Below are positions 1 to 26,561 of a DNA stretch of 64,000 nucleotides, piece after piece (the first letter of the stretch is position 1; each line of letters opens with the position of its first letter). Source of the DNA: Amoebidium appalachense (taxonomy: Eukaryota; Protista; Ichthyosporea); contig CAVNZM010000004.1 of assembly GCA_963693365.1 (NCBI GenBank), positions 9,080,468 through 9,144,467 of the forward strand, read 5' to 3'. The notes beneath the pieces were generated by a model. It saw only the letters and a list, made by a program, of their open reading frames with translations. It did no database searches and was not told the DNA's origin. The translations under genes were made by a program, and so were the position numbers.

Positions 1-113
1 CCCCCCCTCCCCCCGGGGCCTTCCCTTCCTCCCTTCCCTCCTCATCCACTCACTCTCATCCCCTCCCCCCCCTTTTTTTTGGTGTCTCTATGTGTGTGTG
101 TGAGTGTGTGAGT

Positions 114-210
<97 letters not shown>

Positions 211-273
211 TGTGTTGGAAGAGGTGAGGGGAAGGGGGGAAGGGGGGGGGGGGGGGGGGGGGGGGGGAGTTAC

Positions 274-12867
<12,594 letters not shown>

Positions 12868-13141
12868 TTTTGAATGTCTAGTTCTTAATTAGTTGCACAC
12901 ACGACGAGCTCACAGGTGACAGGACCTTGAAGTATGTAACTTGTCAACTGGGCGGTCACTAGGTCAGACCGTCGACATGCGGACGACGCCGGGACGGACG
13001 AGGCTCAGTTTGTTGACGGTCCGCCATGCGATGATTGGGTAGATCTAAAAAGCGAAAACGCTCCAATTGGTTTCTTTTTCGCGCTAATGTTCCTATTGGT
13101 CAACGTCGCATCACCCAACAAAATATGTTGTGTTCTGTGTG

Positions 13142-13181
<40 letters not shown>

Positions 13182-13186
13182 GTGCG

Positions 13187-13259
<73 letters not shown>

Positions 13260-13551
13260 AACGTGTGTGTGGTTTTCCGTGCACATACGTGTGCGTGTGG
13301 GTATGGGTGTGCGAATTCACGTATGCGTGTGTGTGCTTGTGTGCGCGCGTATATGTCACATATGCATGTGCGTGTGTGTACATGTGTGTGTTTATGTATT
13401 AGCGCCAGTGTGTCTAGTGTCCACCTGGTGAGTCCCTGTGGTGGCGGGGGAGGGTGTACTGAGGGAGGGGGGGAGAGCCTCCGCGGGGGGGGGGGGGGGG
13501 GGGGGGAAGGGGGGGTGGTCCGGGAGGGTGGGGGTGAGAGAGAGAGAGGGG

Positions 13552-13694
<143 letters not shown>

Positions 13695-13925
13695 CACAAA
13701 GAGAGAGTGGGACGGATGTAGAGGCCAGGGGAGGGGCGGCCCCGGGGGGGTGGAGAGAAGGGCAAGAGATCTAGGGGGATGGGGGGGGGGGGGGGGGGGG
13801 GGGGGGAGTCGGAGAGAGAACGAGTGAGTGGGTACGTACGTAGGGTGAGAGAGAGAGAGGGGGGAGGGGGGAGGGGAGAGAGAGAGAGAGAGAGACGAGT
13901 GAGTGGGTACGTAGGGTGAGAGAGA

Positions 13926-13959
<34 letters not shown>

Positions 13960-14902
13960 GGGGGGGAGGAAGGGGAGAGGTAGAGAGAGAGAGAGGGAGA
14001 GAGAGAGAGGGAGGGAGAGGGAGATCTAGAGAGGGAGAGGGAGAGGGAGGGAGCCAGGGAGGGAAGGAGAGGGTGAGACCTGGGGAGGGACAGGGGAAAG
14101 ATAGATAGCTATAGGGAAAAGGAGAAAAATACTCGAGAGGGAGACAGTCTGAAGTGTGTACGCGCGGCGACAAGGTGTGTACGTGCGGTGTGACTGTGCA
14201 GGTTTAGATGCCATGCTACTAATTAGGGCTGCACGTTGGATACCAACCAAATTGGATTCATTTCTATCGAATGCATGCGCACCTCTATGTGCTATATACT
14301 GTACGGCTTGATTCATCATTTATTTATGCACCACATTGCCAGGGCTTCAATACAGTCAAAGTACTTTATGTACCTTTTCAACAACTTTTTAGTCTAATTA
14401 GTTGCGTGCTGCCGTGCATAGTATGCATTATGTAAGCGTTCTTGCGTATATAGCAATGGCCATCCTCCCATGTCATGATATCAATACGCTTTGCTGTGTT
14501 ATGATACTAAAGCTATGTAGTACTTGTGTGTAGCGCTTGGTCAAATGTACGGTTTCATTCAGATTGCGTAAATAGTAACGTAGTACTCACAACGACACCT
14601 CTGTGTTTGTACATATGAAGGACCCCGTGTTTCATAGACATCATCACCAAAGTTATATATCTCCCCGCATGAATCAACAAATGTTCTCGCCACACGGAGG
14701 CAAACACCTTCTCTCTAAGTAAACCAAAATATGCTTCACCATATCTGTGTGTAACAGTTGTATCTTACCGTGACACTGTACTCTAAGAGCAAGAATATGT
14801 TCATACCAAAGCCATATCGTATCTCACATCCCCATGTACATCAATAGTGCCCAAAGATATGTATTGTGACTCTTATTGGGAGTCATTGAGAGTACTGGTG
14901 TT

Positions 14903-15912
14903 TTACTTTCCCATGTAAATCAAATCGGCTTCTGAAAACTCACCGCGGTCATCCCCGTTCATCGTTTTGATGTAGGACCACATCTCCACAAACTTGTGCG
15001 GCTGCAGTGAACGAAGCAGCTTGGCAAGATCATACCTGCATATTCGACAAGTTCGTTTTAGTAATATAGAAACAAACATCTAATATTACAAACAGCTGTA
15101 CCGGTGATATTTGTGGTGGTGGTGGTGGGGCGGGGATGGGGATGGGGATGGGGATGGGGATGGGGGTGGGGGTGGGGGGTGGGTGGGGTGGGGTGGGCTG
15201 GGGGGGGGGGGGGGGGGGGGGGGTTATGGCCAAAAGTACGCAGACGTGCTGAGCGAACACACTGATAATCGTGCTCTGCTAAAGCGGGGAAGGAAAAGAA
15301 CAGTGTGTGTGTGTGTGTGTGGTGGGTGGGGGGGGGGGGGGGGGGGGGGGGGTGATGTATGCGTTAGAGGGTTGGAAATATGGAGGAGACAACAATATTC
15401 TATTAAACTAATTAACATCTCTTCCCTAATATTGAATGATTTAATTGTACTCTTTAAAACTGTTCTTCTCATTTTTCTCTTACCTACTATTGAATAATTT
15501 AATTATACTCCTATTATAACATTGAATGATACCATTCAATTATACTCCTATGTTTTAGTAACATAGTACTGGATTCCTTACTATACATGATAAATATGTT
15601 TAATTACAATTTAAGATTCTTATAAACAATTCTTGATCTGCTAAAACTCCAATTTTCCAGATTTGCCACTTTCTGGATTAGCAACAACAAAACGCCACAA
15701 AAGTGGGAAAATCCAAAATCAAGCAATTTAAGCGTGCAGGCAGAAGACACTTGAACAGAGCCCATCATCAGGGGGGTTCCTATGCCTCCACAAAAGCATG
15801 GGTTTCGAGGGAGGGGGGGGGGCAAATGAAAATAAGTGAGGCCGCATTCTGATTCTGAATGTGGTGGGCAATCTACTATTGGTCATTTTGTGTATTGTGT
15901 CTGTGTGTGTGT

Positions 15913-15954
<42 letters not shown>

Positions 15955-16096
15955 GTGTGTGTGCGTGTGTGTGCGTACGCGCGTGGAGGGGGGGGGGGGG
16001 GGGGGGAAGGGAGGGAGGAGACCAAGGAAAATGAGGCGGAGCTCTGATTTTGGAAGTGGTGGGCATCTTTTGAATTTTGACTAAGGTTTTTTTTTT

Positions 16097-16138
<42 letters not shown>

Positions 16139-18379
16139 CTGTTTAGGATGCGGAGCACAGGAATAAGTACAGCTACTTGATGAGAAACACAGTACAGGAC
16201 ACATGTAAAAGAAACCATTCAAGCATGCAACATCAGCAAGGTGTGCAGTATGCAACATAAGCAGAACCAATCCTCAGGAAGGCCCAAGTCAGAAACTGCG
16301 GGAACGCGGGGGGGGGGGAGGGGGAGGGGGGGGGGGGGGTTGGGGGGGGGGGGTTTACAGTTGCAACACAAGCAAACGCAGAGCCCTGATCTTTATAGCC
16401 AAGAGAACACCACATGAGAAGGCGGGACTTAAAAATGACAACGAAGGCAGTTAAAAGTTGCGCAGAAAAACAAGGGACATTTCATTAAAGTTTGTGTGAA
16501 TAAATGTTCCAATCCACATTAACACGATCTTTCATCTCTTGCATAGCGCAAAACATGAATATAAAGAACAAAACTCACCATTCAGCCCAGGGACAGCCAT
16601 CGTCAGTCGTGTCGCAGAAACGCTCAAACGATGGGAAACCAACATCGCGCCATCGCTCAGCCGGATATGCAAGCCAGCGGAGCCTTCCGCCGATTTTTAA
16701 GTGCCTCAGATACACGTCCCACTCTTTCCGCACTAGCTCTCGTGGCATGTGATGGAGAGATCCAAGAACACAAATCACATCGAACATGCGGCCGGCCAGC
16801 TGTGAAGGGAGGGTTTCGGCATCTTGGAGATAGACAAAGTTACACCTGAGATTCTCTGTTAGCCAATTTACGCAAGCAGGGGCGTGCATGCCCGAGACAC
16901 AGAAAAACGGGAAAGGGCACGTGTAGGCCGTCGTTGGAAAGTTCGAGTGCAAACACAACCTTGTGGTAAGTACCAAGAACAGTTAATGGGTCTCAAGGTC
17001 TGGTCCTTTGCGTGTTTGCCACTCTCTCAGTTCCAATTTATACAACCACTCTCATCTCGGACTCTCATCTCGGACTCTTTCTCTCTCTATCTCTCTCTCT
17101 CTCTCTCTCTCCCCCCCCCCCCCCTCCCTCTCTCTTCGCGCGCTCCCTCTCTCTCCCTCTTCTTTCCCCCTTCTCCCTCCCTCCACTACCCCCTCCCCCC
17201 CCCCCCCCCTTCTCTCCCCCCACGTCAGCTCTCCCCTCCCCTGCCCCCCTTCCCCCCCCAAACCCCGTCCCTTTTCTCTTCTTTTTTCGTTTTTTTTTTT
17301 CGGGGGGGGGGGGGGGGAGGGGGGGGGGGGGGGGGGCAGTTCCTTTTATGCATGGTAATTCTCCTATCTTGACTGCAACCACCAAGATCACACAACATTT
17401 GCAAATCTAGACGTTGTCAAACCGCACTCTTCCCCCCTCCCCCCCCCCACAAACACACACACACACACACACACAGACCCCTCCCCTTCCTTCCCCCTCC
17501 CCTTTCCTCTCCAACCAAAAAACTGCTCCTCCCCCTCCCCCTCCCCCAACACCCCCCTCTTCCCCTTCCCCCATACATTCAGCACTGCCACCACTCTATT
17601 CCCAACACCACCTATTCACCGACCCAATCATGGAAATAAACACGAGATGGACGAGAAAAAGGAGAGAAAGAAGAAAAGGGGGAAACCCGAGCTTACCTGT
17701 CCATGATGCCATAGTGGCGGCACAGCTTCTTCAGCAGACTCAAGTTCTGCATGTTTAAATCCAGAAACGTGACGTTAGCCCCCATCATAGCGTAGATCAT
17801 AGTGGTACGACCAAACCCAGACCCAACGTCGAGAACGTTTTTCCACCGAAACTGGTTTCCATAGGCCACCGTTTCATAGTCGGTATCGTAGTCTGAGAAC
17901 TGGGCATATGTCTCCCAGTACTGGGCATACTCAGCATCTGACATGGCATTTAACGGCCCACTCTTCCCGTGCTTGCTAACAAGAGGAATTCGTTCCCAGC
18001 GTTGCCTGAGCTCTTCGTATGCTTCCACCCACCCGGAAGCTGCTATGCACCCAACCCCATTGAACAGCTGACTCTCCGGGCACGTGCACAGGCCAACATC
18101 GTCACACTGTGCGGCAGAACCCGCTGCCGCATCTCTCTGCCACCGTGCAACCTCTCTAGTGTCGGTCCACCGCCTTCTAGTGTAGAAGAAAAAAGAACCC
18201 AAGCGCTCTGATATTCTGCCAGGTATCTGATAAAGGTTTCTTTGAGTGGTCGATTTCGTTTCAACAGACCCCGTGTTGTTCCCTTTAAGAATGTAAAACA
18301 TGAACCAAATGAAAAGAACACACAAGCCCGCAGAAACGGGGCGGCTGGCTAGCCGCTCCCACAAGTTCCTTGTCCTCAT
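14903..18379 (-). CDS. Type II membrane class I SAM-dependent methyltransferase (MTase 1), ~360 aa, 3 exons
   Basis: Exons 17697-18379, 16579-16845 and 14903-15035 are in phase and end in TAA. N-terminal signal anchor AGLCVLFIWFMFYIL and a Cys-rich stem. Motif I VLDVGSGFG, acidic residue after strand 2 (VTFLD), then FDVICVLGSLHH and LKIGGRL. Confidence 0.88.
15396..15679. other. AT-rich insertion interrupting a subtype C repeat copy
   Basis: The flanks rejoin into the sequence seen intact at 27378-27518. The insert is markedly AT-rich, with three ATTGAAT...AATT(A/G)TACTC subrepeats. Confidence 0.75.
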
Positions 18380-19799
18380 GACTACTTCAACATCAAATTC
18401 TGGTGTGCGTGTGTGCGTTCAATCCCTTTCAGCATACTGTCCGAGTATTACACCTTGACGAGTGAGATCCCAGACGTTTAGAAGTTCACAAGGACTATGT
18501 TTTTAGGTGCCTGCAAAAGAAGTATTCTTGTTAAGGAGTTTAAACGCTGGTTTTGGACTTAGGTGTACGAAACCCTGTTCAACATATAAATATAGTTCTA
18601 GTAGGCCTACCGGGTCAAACAAAAAATTCTCCTGGCGTAATTGATCATAACCACATGGTGCTTTCATGGTGTTCCCAAACAGTTCAAACGGTGGCTCGGC
18701 CGCACCGTCATGTGTTTACCGCGCGCGCCCGGGGCGCCCGTGACCGTTTGATAGATTAAACTCTCATCACCTGTGCTGTAATTTTTCAATTTACCATTAA
18801 TTAAGAATTGGAATTGGTTTATTTATCTGGTTAATAGCCTAAAAAATGCTTGATTTTGAAACATATATTTAATTACATTGGATTTGTATAATCAATTTTG
18901 TTCTTAATTAATTATCGTTATTCACGCCACTGCTCAGTTCCTGGTTCAGTTACCAGCACGCAATCTTTTTTAAGCTCATAGGGAATCGACCCCCCTCGAT
19001 CGCAATCCCCCTTGCCGCAATGGTTCTCAAAGCTGATTGGTTCGTTGCGGTGCCCATGTGCATGCAAAACACGGTGGCTGCGCAAACGAGCCAACACGCA
19101 AACAACAAACATCGCAACGTGTTTTCCCGTTTAGCAGAAAGAGTTAGCATACCGTAGCGTCGTTGACAAGCGTCGGTGTTTTTTTTAAAGTGGCCTACTC
19201 GGGCGGGTAAAGAAAGCAGCGGCGCTGCGTTTGACCTTAAGCCATATTTGCACCCTTTGTTACTTTCCTGTTGTAGTTAGAGACGCGTATTACTGGGTGA
19301 GGCACAAAGCATCGCTTCGAGGTGCCCGTGATCTCTCGCCTAGCGGGCAAACAGCACGTTTTCCGATAGGTTCTTGAAACACCTTTGTGCTCCAGTTTTT
19401 CTCAAACGGCTTACAAGAGATCAAAGCACGAAAAGTAGAAGCCGTCTGCTCTAAGACCCCGGTGTGCGACTGAATAGGTTTCCGTTACAGGTATTTTCCC
19501 ATCCAACGCCCCAGTTCTTGCGCACTCGCATCTTGGTTGACTACCCCTTACACGGCTTGGGAACCTATGGGATTTGGACTGCCACGAAACTATAGGTGGT
19601 CGAATCTATACAAATTTGTACTTAGCTAGCCGCAATGTCATGTTATGAGTGCCGATGTTGACATCCTTCTGCCTGTGTGTGCCCGTTCTGCTTTACAACC
19701 CTGTGGGCAGGTTGAACCACCTCAAGTGAGACACACCCCTGCCTCTACAAGTTCTAACACTTTGACATCACCTCCCAGGAAACAGAAGTAAACCCGAGG

Positions 19800-21269
19800 A
19801 TGAAGGCCAAATTGCTTTTGCAGCGTCCGGTTTCGCTGGCCCTTTTTACCGGCTTTTTTTTGTTTTTGTATTACGTGGGCAGCAGGGGTCGCAGACACGA
19901 AGTTTCTGTCCCAAAGCAAGTGTCTGCACTTGGCCACTTTCAGGGCTACAACGTTAAAATGGGTCCTGAGTGGGACCAATTCAGCAAGGCGTGCTTTGAC
20001 CACTGGGACACGGTGGGCCACTATTCGTACGAAGTCGCCACAAAAGCGTGGGGTCACCCACCATCAGAGGGTGCTTCTGAGGGCGGGGAATATGCCGAGT
20101 ACGTTTCGTCCAAGCTGGTGCTCACCTTCACAGACCAGCAAGTGCGAAACTTTATCAAGCGCCAGGAGACGACCAGGTTGAACGAAGGTAAGCCCAGGCT
20201 TGTTGTCAAGTCTTGGCACTTTTTGCTCTGTCTGGTTGGACAATATAGCCCAATCCCCCCCCCCCCCCCCCCCCCCCGCGCCTTTTGCTTCCTTCCCCGT
20301 ATACTTCTTTGAAAGGGAGGTGCCGTTCTTTTCCCTCGGCCTCTCTCTAGCCTCTCCTTTGAGCCGTTGTGATATTCCTTGGCAATTTGCCTTCTCTGGA
20401 TGCAGAAGCGGGGTTATGACATTGTTCCAGCCGAAACCCCGCCATAAAAAGCTGTGAATGTTCAGGCTGGGGTTTTTTCCGGGTTGAAATGGGTGACCAG
20501 CAGTTAGTTGTGGCGGTCTGGCTCCTGGGAAGTCAGGGTTAGCAGTGTTTCGGTATTGACATATTCCTTTTCTGCAGGGGAAGGTGCCTTCCACAACTAC
20601 CAGGGCAAGTGGATTAAGCTGTTCCATGACGGCATCACGGGCAAGCACATTGTTGATTACGGCAGTGGTTTCGGCATTGAAACTCTTCAGTTTCTGAGGG
20701 CCGGCAATCGTGTGTCTTTGGCGGACATTAACATGGACAATATGAACGCTGCAGAGCGCATTATCAACGTTGCAGGGTACAAGGTGGAGCGTAAGATCCT
20801 GATTAGTGACCACTATCCGTTTTTCGAGTACGATCCCTCTTGGGAGAAGGTTGATATTTTCTACTCCAACGGTGTTCTTCACCATAGCCCTCGGATCCGA
20901 CATGTGATGAGACGGGCGCACGAAGTCGTCAAATCTGGCGGGCAGATGATTCTCCTTCTGTATTCCGATCTCATGTGGGATCACTGCATGCGCTGGTACG
21001 GCCCAGCCAAGGAGACGAGCCCTCGCATCCCACCCATAGATGAGGAGGTACAGGAGAATCCCCGCATGTGCGACTTTGTTGTGTGCGCTGACAAGGTTGG
21101 GCACTATGCCGACTGGTACAGCGCAGAGAAAATCGCTGTTGTTTCCCATGGTTTCTTCGAGGTTCAAACATACGACTATCTCACACCAAATAATGCATTT
21201 TGTGCAGTCACTTTGAGTAGAAATGATAACGCTTTTGACCCTACAAAGATTACCACAAAGTTGGATTGA
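19800..21269 (+). CDS. Type II membrane class I SAM-dependent methyltransferase (MTase 2), ~359 aa, 2 exons; paralogue of MTase 1
   Basis: Exons 19800-20187 (GTAAGC donor) and 20578-21269 (TGCAG acceptor) are in phase. Signal anchor LALFTGFFLFLYYV. Motifs IVDYGSGFG, VSLADIN, VDIFYSNGVLHH, VKSGGQMILLLY. Confidence 0.9.
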
Positions 21270-22320
21270 ACTTAGTTGTTGAATTGATATTCTTTCCATC
21301 TCGAAAGGTGTACGTGTTCTGTCGGTTTGTTGTTCTGTTGTTGGTGTTTCTCCTTGTCTGGTTAGACAAGAACACTCTCCCCCTTTATACACCCGCATGC
21401 AAACACGCGTACACACACACACACACACACACACACCAACATGACCCTTTTTTATTTTGGTTTTCCCACCTTTCATTCTGGTACGCCCCTTTGCAACTTC
21501 GTCTAGCAACCATCCTTCAGGTTTCGTCCCCTTCCTGTTTATTGCTCGTCTAAGAGTGTGGATGTGTGGGTGGGGGGAGGGGGGGAGGGGAGGGGGAGCT
21601 GATAGTAACGCAAACGTGGTGAACTTCATGCAACAAGCTCTTGCATTGAAACTGTGAATGCGAAGTTGAGCTTGAGAAAGTAGATGACAGTTTTTCTGGT
21701 ATCACACCAGCAGGAAATGCTGGAAGGAACTAAGATTAGGCAATTTTAACTCAATGATACGACTTTGCAGATGTCGTCGTTCTTCTTTTTTTTTTTTCGG
21801 GCGCCAGGGGGGGGGGGGGGGGGGGGGGGGGGGGGGCTTTGTTGGAGTTTCGTTTACATTTTCCTTTTTTTTTTTTTTGGCTACGGTGCTTTACCGGATC
21901 GGGGGGGGAGGGGGGGGGGGATTAGAGAAGTAATACACGAATGTGAGTATCGGTGTTGGCTGGACTCCCATTACCTGGAGAACCCTAGGGTTTACATTTG
22001 TCATAGTTGTTTTGTAACCTACTGTATTACTCGTTATATCAACTAAGGCTCTCTAGCTTTATAGTTTACCTTGATTCGAATTCCAGTTCTGTTACGCCGG
22101 AGGCACAAAAGACGAAAATCCCAAGGAATCGTAAGAAAACGCATGGACACGAGTATGGTTGGTGTTATTTTGCGTGTCTTCTACATACTATTAGCACAAT
22201 CTTGGGTGCTAAATAAGAGAGTTTGCGTAATGATGGACATGTACTGTACTGATGCGAAGAAAATCAATGCTAAGAAACTGACCCATTTTTGGCCATCCCC
22301 CTCCCCCCCCCCCCCCCCTC

Positions 22321-22391
<71 letters not shown>

Positions 22392-22475
22392 GCCCCGTGT
22401 CCTCAGTACCATGTTCTAGATCTCATTGTGTAGTTGTGCTTTGCACCCTGTTCCGCATTCTGAGCAACCAACCAG

Positions 22476-22528
<53 letters not shown>

Positions 22529-22544
22529 AAAGCACTATTTCTCG

Positions 22545-22820
22545 GCCACAGCAGAAGAAACGTGCTTCTTCTACTGCTTGCGCAGAAGCAGAATATATTG
22601 CTCTACTTATTTCAATATAAATATGCATTTTGCAGAACAAGACAGCTGTGTTTTGCTGCAGAACTTGAATTCTGCCTATACAGAATTAATAACATCTTCT
22701 GCTTCGAATTCTGCTGTAACATCTGCTGCGTGAGTCTGCTTTTAGCAGAATAAATCTGCTTCAAATAAATAAGAGTACATATTGAATTCTGCTCGGAGCA
22801 AGCTCGGCCGATCTGGTTGC
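22545..22820. mobile_element. Decayed relative of the 53710-54169 foldback element
   Basis: GCAGAA/TTCTGC subrepeats, and a right end TTCTGCTCGGAGCAAGCTCGGCCGATCTGGTTG similar to the end at 54130-54165. Confidence 0.55.
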
Positions 22821-22842
22821 AGGGCCGGCGCCTTGGGCCCGG

Positions 22843-22874
<32 letters not shown>

Positions 22875-22977
22875 CTTCCCCCAATTCCCCTCTCCCCTAC
22901 CCGGCCCCCCGGCCCCCCGGCCCTCCACCCCCCGCTCTTGCAGAGGGCCCGACGGCACCCTCCAGCTCTCCGGACAG

Positions 22978-23013
<36 letters not shown>

Positions 23014-23660
23014 ACACCACCACCGGTGATCACCAACACCTACACCACCACCACCAACGTTGGTGTTTTGTTGGTGGTGTTAATACCACCACCGGTACAC
23101 TACCACGACCACCACCACCACACACACATGTACACACACACAGTGTGCCACATGTACAATCACACGCGCCCACACAATCACGTACACACACACACACACA
23201 CACACATGTCACACACAAACACACACACAAGCACACACGCACACACACACACAACACAAACACACACGAACACCACCACCACCACCATCTGGTACACCAC
23301 CACATTACCTTCGTTCTGACCCGGTACCAGCGCTTTTAGCTTTGATTGGGGCTAAATAAGCTCAGTAGTGCTGCAGTTGTATTCTTCTGCATGCGTGCGT
23401 GCGTGCGTGCGTGCGTGCCTGACGTACTGACGGTGAGTGCGTGCAAGCCTGTGACTATGTGAATGCTCCTGTGAGACGCTAGCGCCGGGAGTATTTGTGT
23501 GTGCGTGTGCGTGCGGAGCATAGTCCTTTGCGGATCCCAACTTGTGGCGTAGTGGCGGGTTGGCCGTTGGAGAAAATACTCACGGTGATGCACACTACTG
23601 ATTAGCCTTTACACCCGAGGTTTTCGCATGATGACGTCACGCAGCATTCATCGATCAACA

Positions 23661-23760
23661 GTTACACCATCCGCACGTGAGGGTGCGCATCATCGACACA
23701 AAACAACAATTACACCGTCCTTGCAAGTGAGCGTGCGCACCATCGACACAAAACAACAAA
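23661..23760 (+). repeat. Two ~50-bp tandem units upstream of the two-domain GT
   Basis: TTACACC...GTGAG(G/C)GTGCGCA(T/C)CATCGACACAAAACAACAA twice, preceded by a TGACGTCA palindrome near 23632. Confidence 0.6.
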
Positions 23761-23871
23761 ACACGCAAACCGTGCATGTTTCTTAGATCTGAAGATTGGG
23801 CTCTAATGTTGTACAACAAACATCCACATGTTTCAGGTTTTACTATAGTTTCCCATATGTTCAGCCGGACG

Positions 23872-25833
23872 ATGGTGTCTAGAAAAGTGATGGCAGCGGC
23901 GTCAGCCGTTCGTAGCCTACCCTTGGCACGATGGGTACCACTGCAGTTTTTTGTCTGTGCGGTTATTTATTTTCTGATGTTTGGAGGGGAAACTTATACG
24001 CGCCACGGTCGCTTTAGTACCAGTGGAGGCGCGCATATTACCGTAGTTTCAACACCCAAAGAGTTTGACACAGCGCCCGAATCTATTATAAGGGCACAAC
24101 GTAATGCCATCAACTCATGGCTGGCGTGGGAACCCACACCCCAGGTCATTCTCTTCACCAAAGCACCCGTTCCAAGCGACATTAGGCAGCACCCAAACGT
24201 GCTGATCGTTTCAAATTTCCCGGAAAATAAATTTGGCACGCCCCTGATAAGCGGGCTGTTTGAGCTAGCCCAATCCCTAGCCAAAACCAAGGACATTTTG
24301 TATGTTAACTCAGACATCATGCTTAGCCCTCAAATGACGCAAGCTATTGCTACTGCTTCAACGGCGGGCGATCGGTATCTAATGGTCGGCCAGAGATGCT
24401 CCTTTCATTTTGAAGAAACCGTTACAAACTTTAATTTGGGCTTTTTCGAGACAAACCTGAAAAAATGCTCCTATGACGAGACTTATGCTATCGATTATTT
24501 CGGGTTCACAAAGTCAACTTTCAGGGATATTCCCAAGTTTGCACTCGGGCGGATGGTGTGGGACCAGTGGCTTCTTTATTCCGCCTTGGTTGACGACGTG
24601 CACATGGTTGATGCTACAAAGATGGTAGCAGCGTTGCACATGCTTCACGATTACAAGCACATTAAGGCCGCAAAGACGGAGTGGAAGAAGGACAACGAGA
24701 AGTCCTACAGTGGGAGCGAAGAGTTTGAAGAGAACAGGCGGTTGGGCAAGCAGCGGTGGTACTTCGGGCAGACATGTCTGGCTAGATACGAGCTGTCTCA
24801 GCATGGAGACTTGGTGGATAAACGTGTTCTTCTTCGCAAATACACCAAATCACCCAAACCGGATGGGGAGTTGGCCCGGGGTGTGAGTCTGCTAGTTAGT
24901 GTCAGGTTAGAGGAACAGGGGCCACTGAGTGACATTGTTTCACGGTGGACGGGGCCTGCCGTGCTGCTGTTCCACAGCCCGTCTGAGTTGGGCACTGTGC
25001 TGCCGTTGGTGAACGAGGTGGAAAAAACGTTCCGTCCTCTGGCCGGTAACGTCCCCCCCCCCCCCCCCCCCCCCCCCCCGCCTTCCCCTCTCTGCATCAT
25101 GTTTTCCATTATGCATGTGTACTTCCTACTGTATTCTAACCATCTCCCCACCACCACCACCACCACCCCCTCTCCCCTCCTTCCTCTCCCCTCCCCTCCC
25201 TCCCCTCCCTTCTCCCCATGCTTTTCCCTTTCCCCCCCCCCCTCCACCCACCCACCCACTACCATTCCCCCCTACCCCCTCCCCTCCCTTCCCCCCTCCC
25301 CCCTTGCTTTTCCTTCTTTTAACACATGCTTGCCTTTCCCTCTCCGTGCTCTTTTCCCTCGCTTTCTCATCCAACACACTCCCCAGGCCTTGTTCCGGAT
25401 TTTTCCCCCTCCGTGCATCCTGTGTCTGTGCTGCTATGATCGCCCGTCTAGTCCTCACCCAATGCCTGCTCCATCTCTCCATACCCCCCCCCCCCCCCCC
25501 TGCCCGCCCTCTCTCCCCCCTTCCCCTCTTCCGCCTACTCTGGATGACGTGCCCCGAGGATGGGCTCTGCTATGATGCATACTCTTTATGTATGGTTTGT
25601 ACTCTGCCTCGTGTTATCCGTTGTACATGTGTACTTAGTACTTTATGACGCATTCACCCCCCCCCCCACCCCCCTTCTCTCTCTCCCGAGGATGGGCTCT
25701 GCTTGTGATGCACCTTCTTTGTGTGTGCTTTGCAGTCGGTGTTCTGTTGCCCGTCTTGATTGTGTATGTCCTGGTCTGTAAACACATGCTACCTCCCCCC
25801 CCCCCCCCCCCCTCCTCTTCACAAAAAAAAAAG

Positions 25834-25904
<71 letters not shown>

Positions 25905-25907
25905 GTT

Positions 25908-25944
<37 letters not shown>

Positions 25945-26074
25945 GAGGGGATATGTGACATGCAATATGGATGAGGAAGGGGAGAGGGAACGATGATGGA
26001 GCCTGTACAGATGCAAGAGACGAGGGAAGAGAGCTCTGAGGGTTGGGGTTGGGTAGTGGTCGTGTGCGCATCAT

Positions 26075-26125
<51 letters not shown>

Positions 26126-26487
26126 ATGTGCGTGTGTTTAGGGCCCCGGGGGGGATGGGGGGGGGGAGGGGGGGGAGGTAGGGGAGATGAAGGGGTATGG
26201 GTGTGGGGGTTGGGGTCGCGGGGAGGGAGGGATTATACACAATGTTTTTCAGCCTGTTTACTCGGGTGTGTACATTCAGGGCGTGTCAAGATCATGTACC
26301 TTCTGGGTGATCGTTCTGGTAGCGAGAGCCAGAATAAGAAGCACTACAATATGCTGCTGTCGTCAGCAACCACCGAGCATGTGCTATTTTTGGACTCCAA
26401 CATGGTGCCAAGCAGTAATCTCCATGAAGAGTTGATGAAGGTAACATCCCCCCTACCCCCCGCTCCCCCCTCCCCCCATCCCCCCAA

Positions 26488-26561
<74 letters not shown>

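Noticed and set aside
20064-21629. 521-aa minus-strand ORF
   Set aside because: Antisense shadow of MTase 2 with a non-ATG start, repeat-derived ends and no recognisable motifs.
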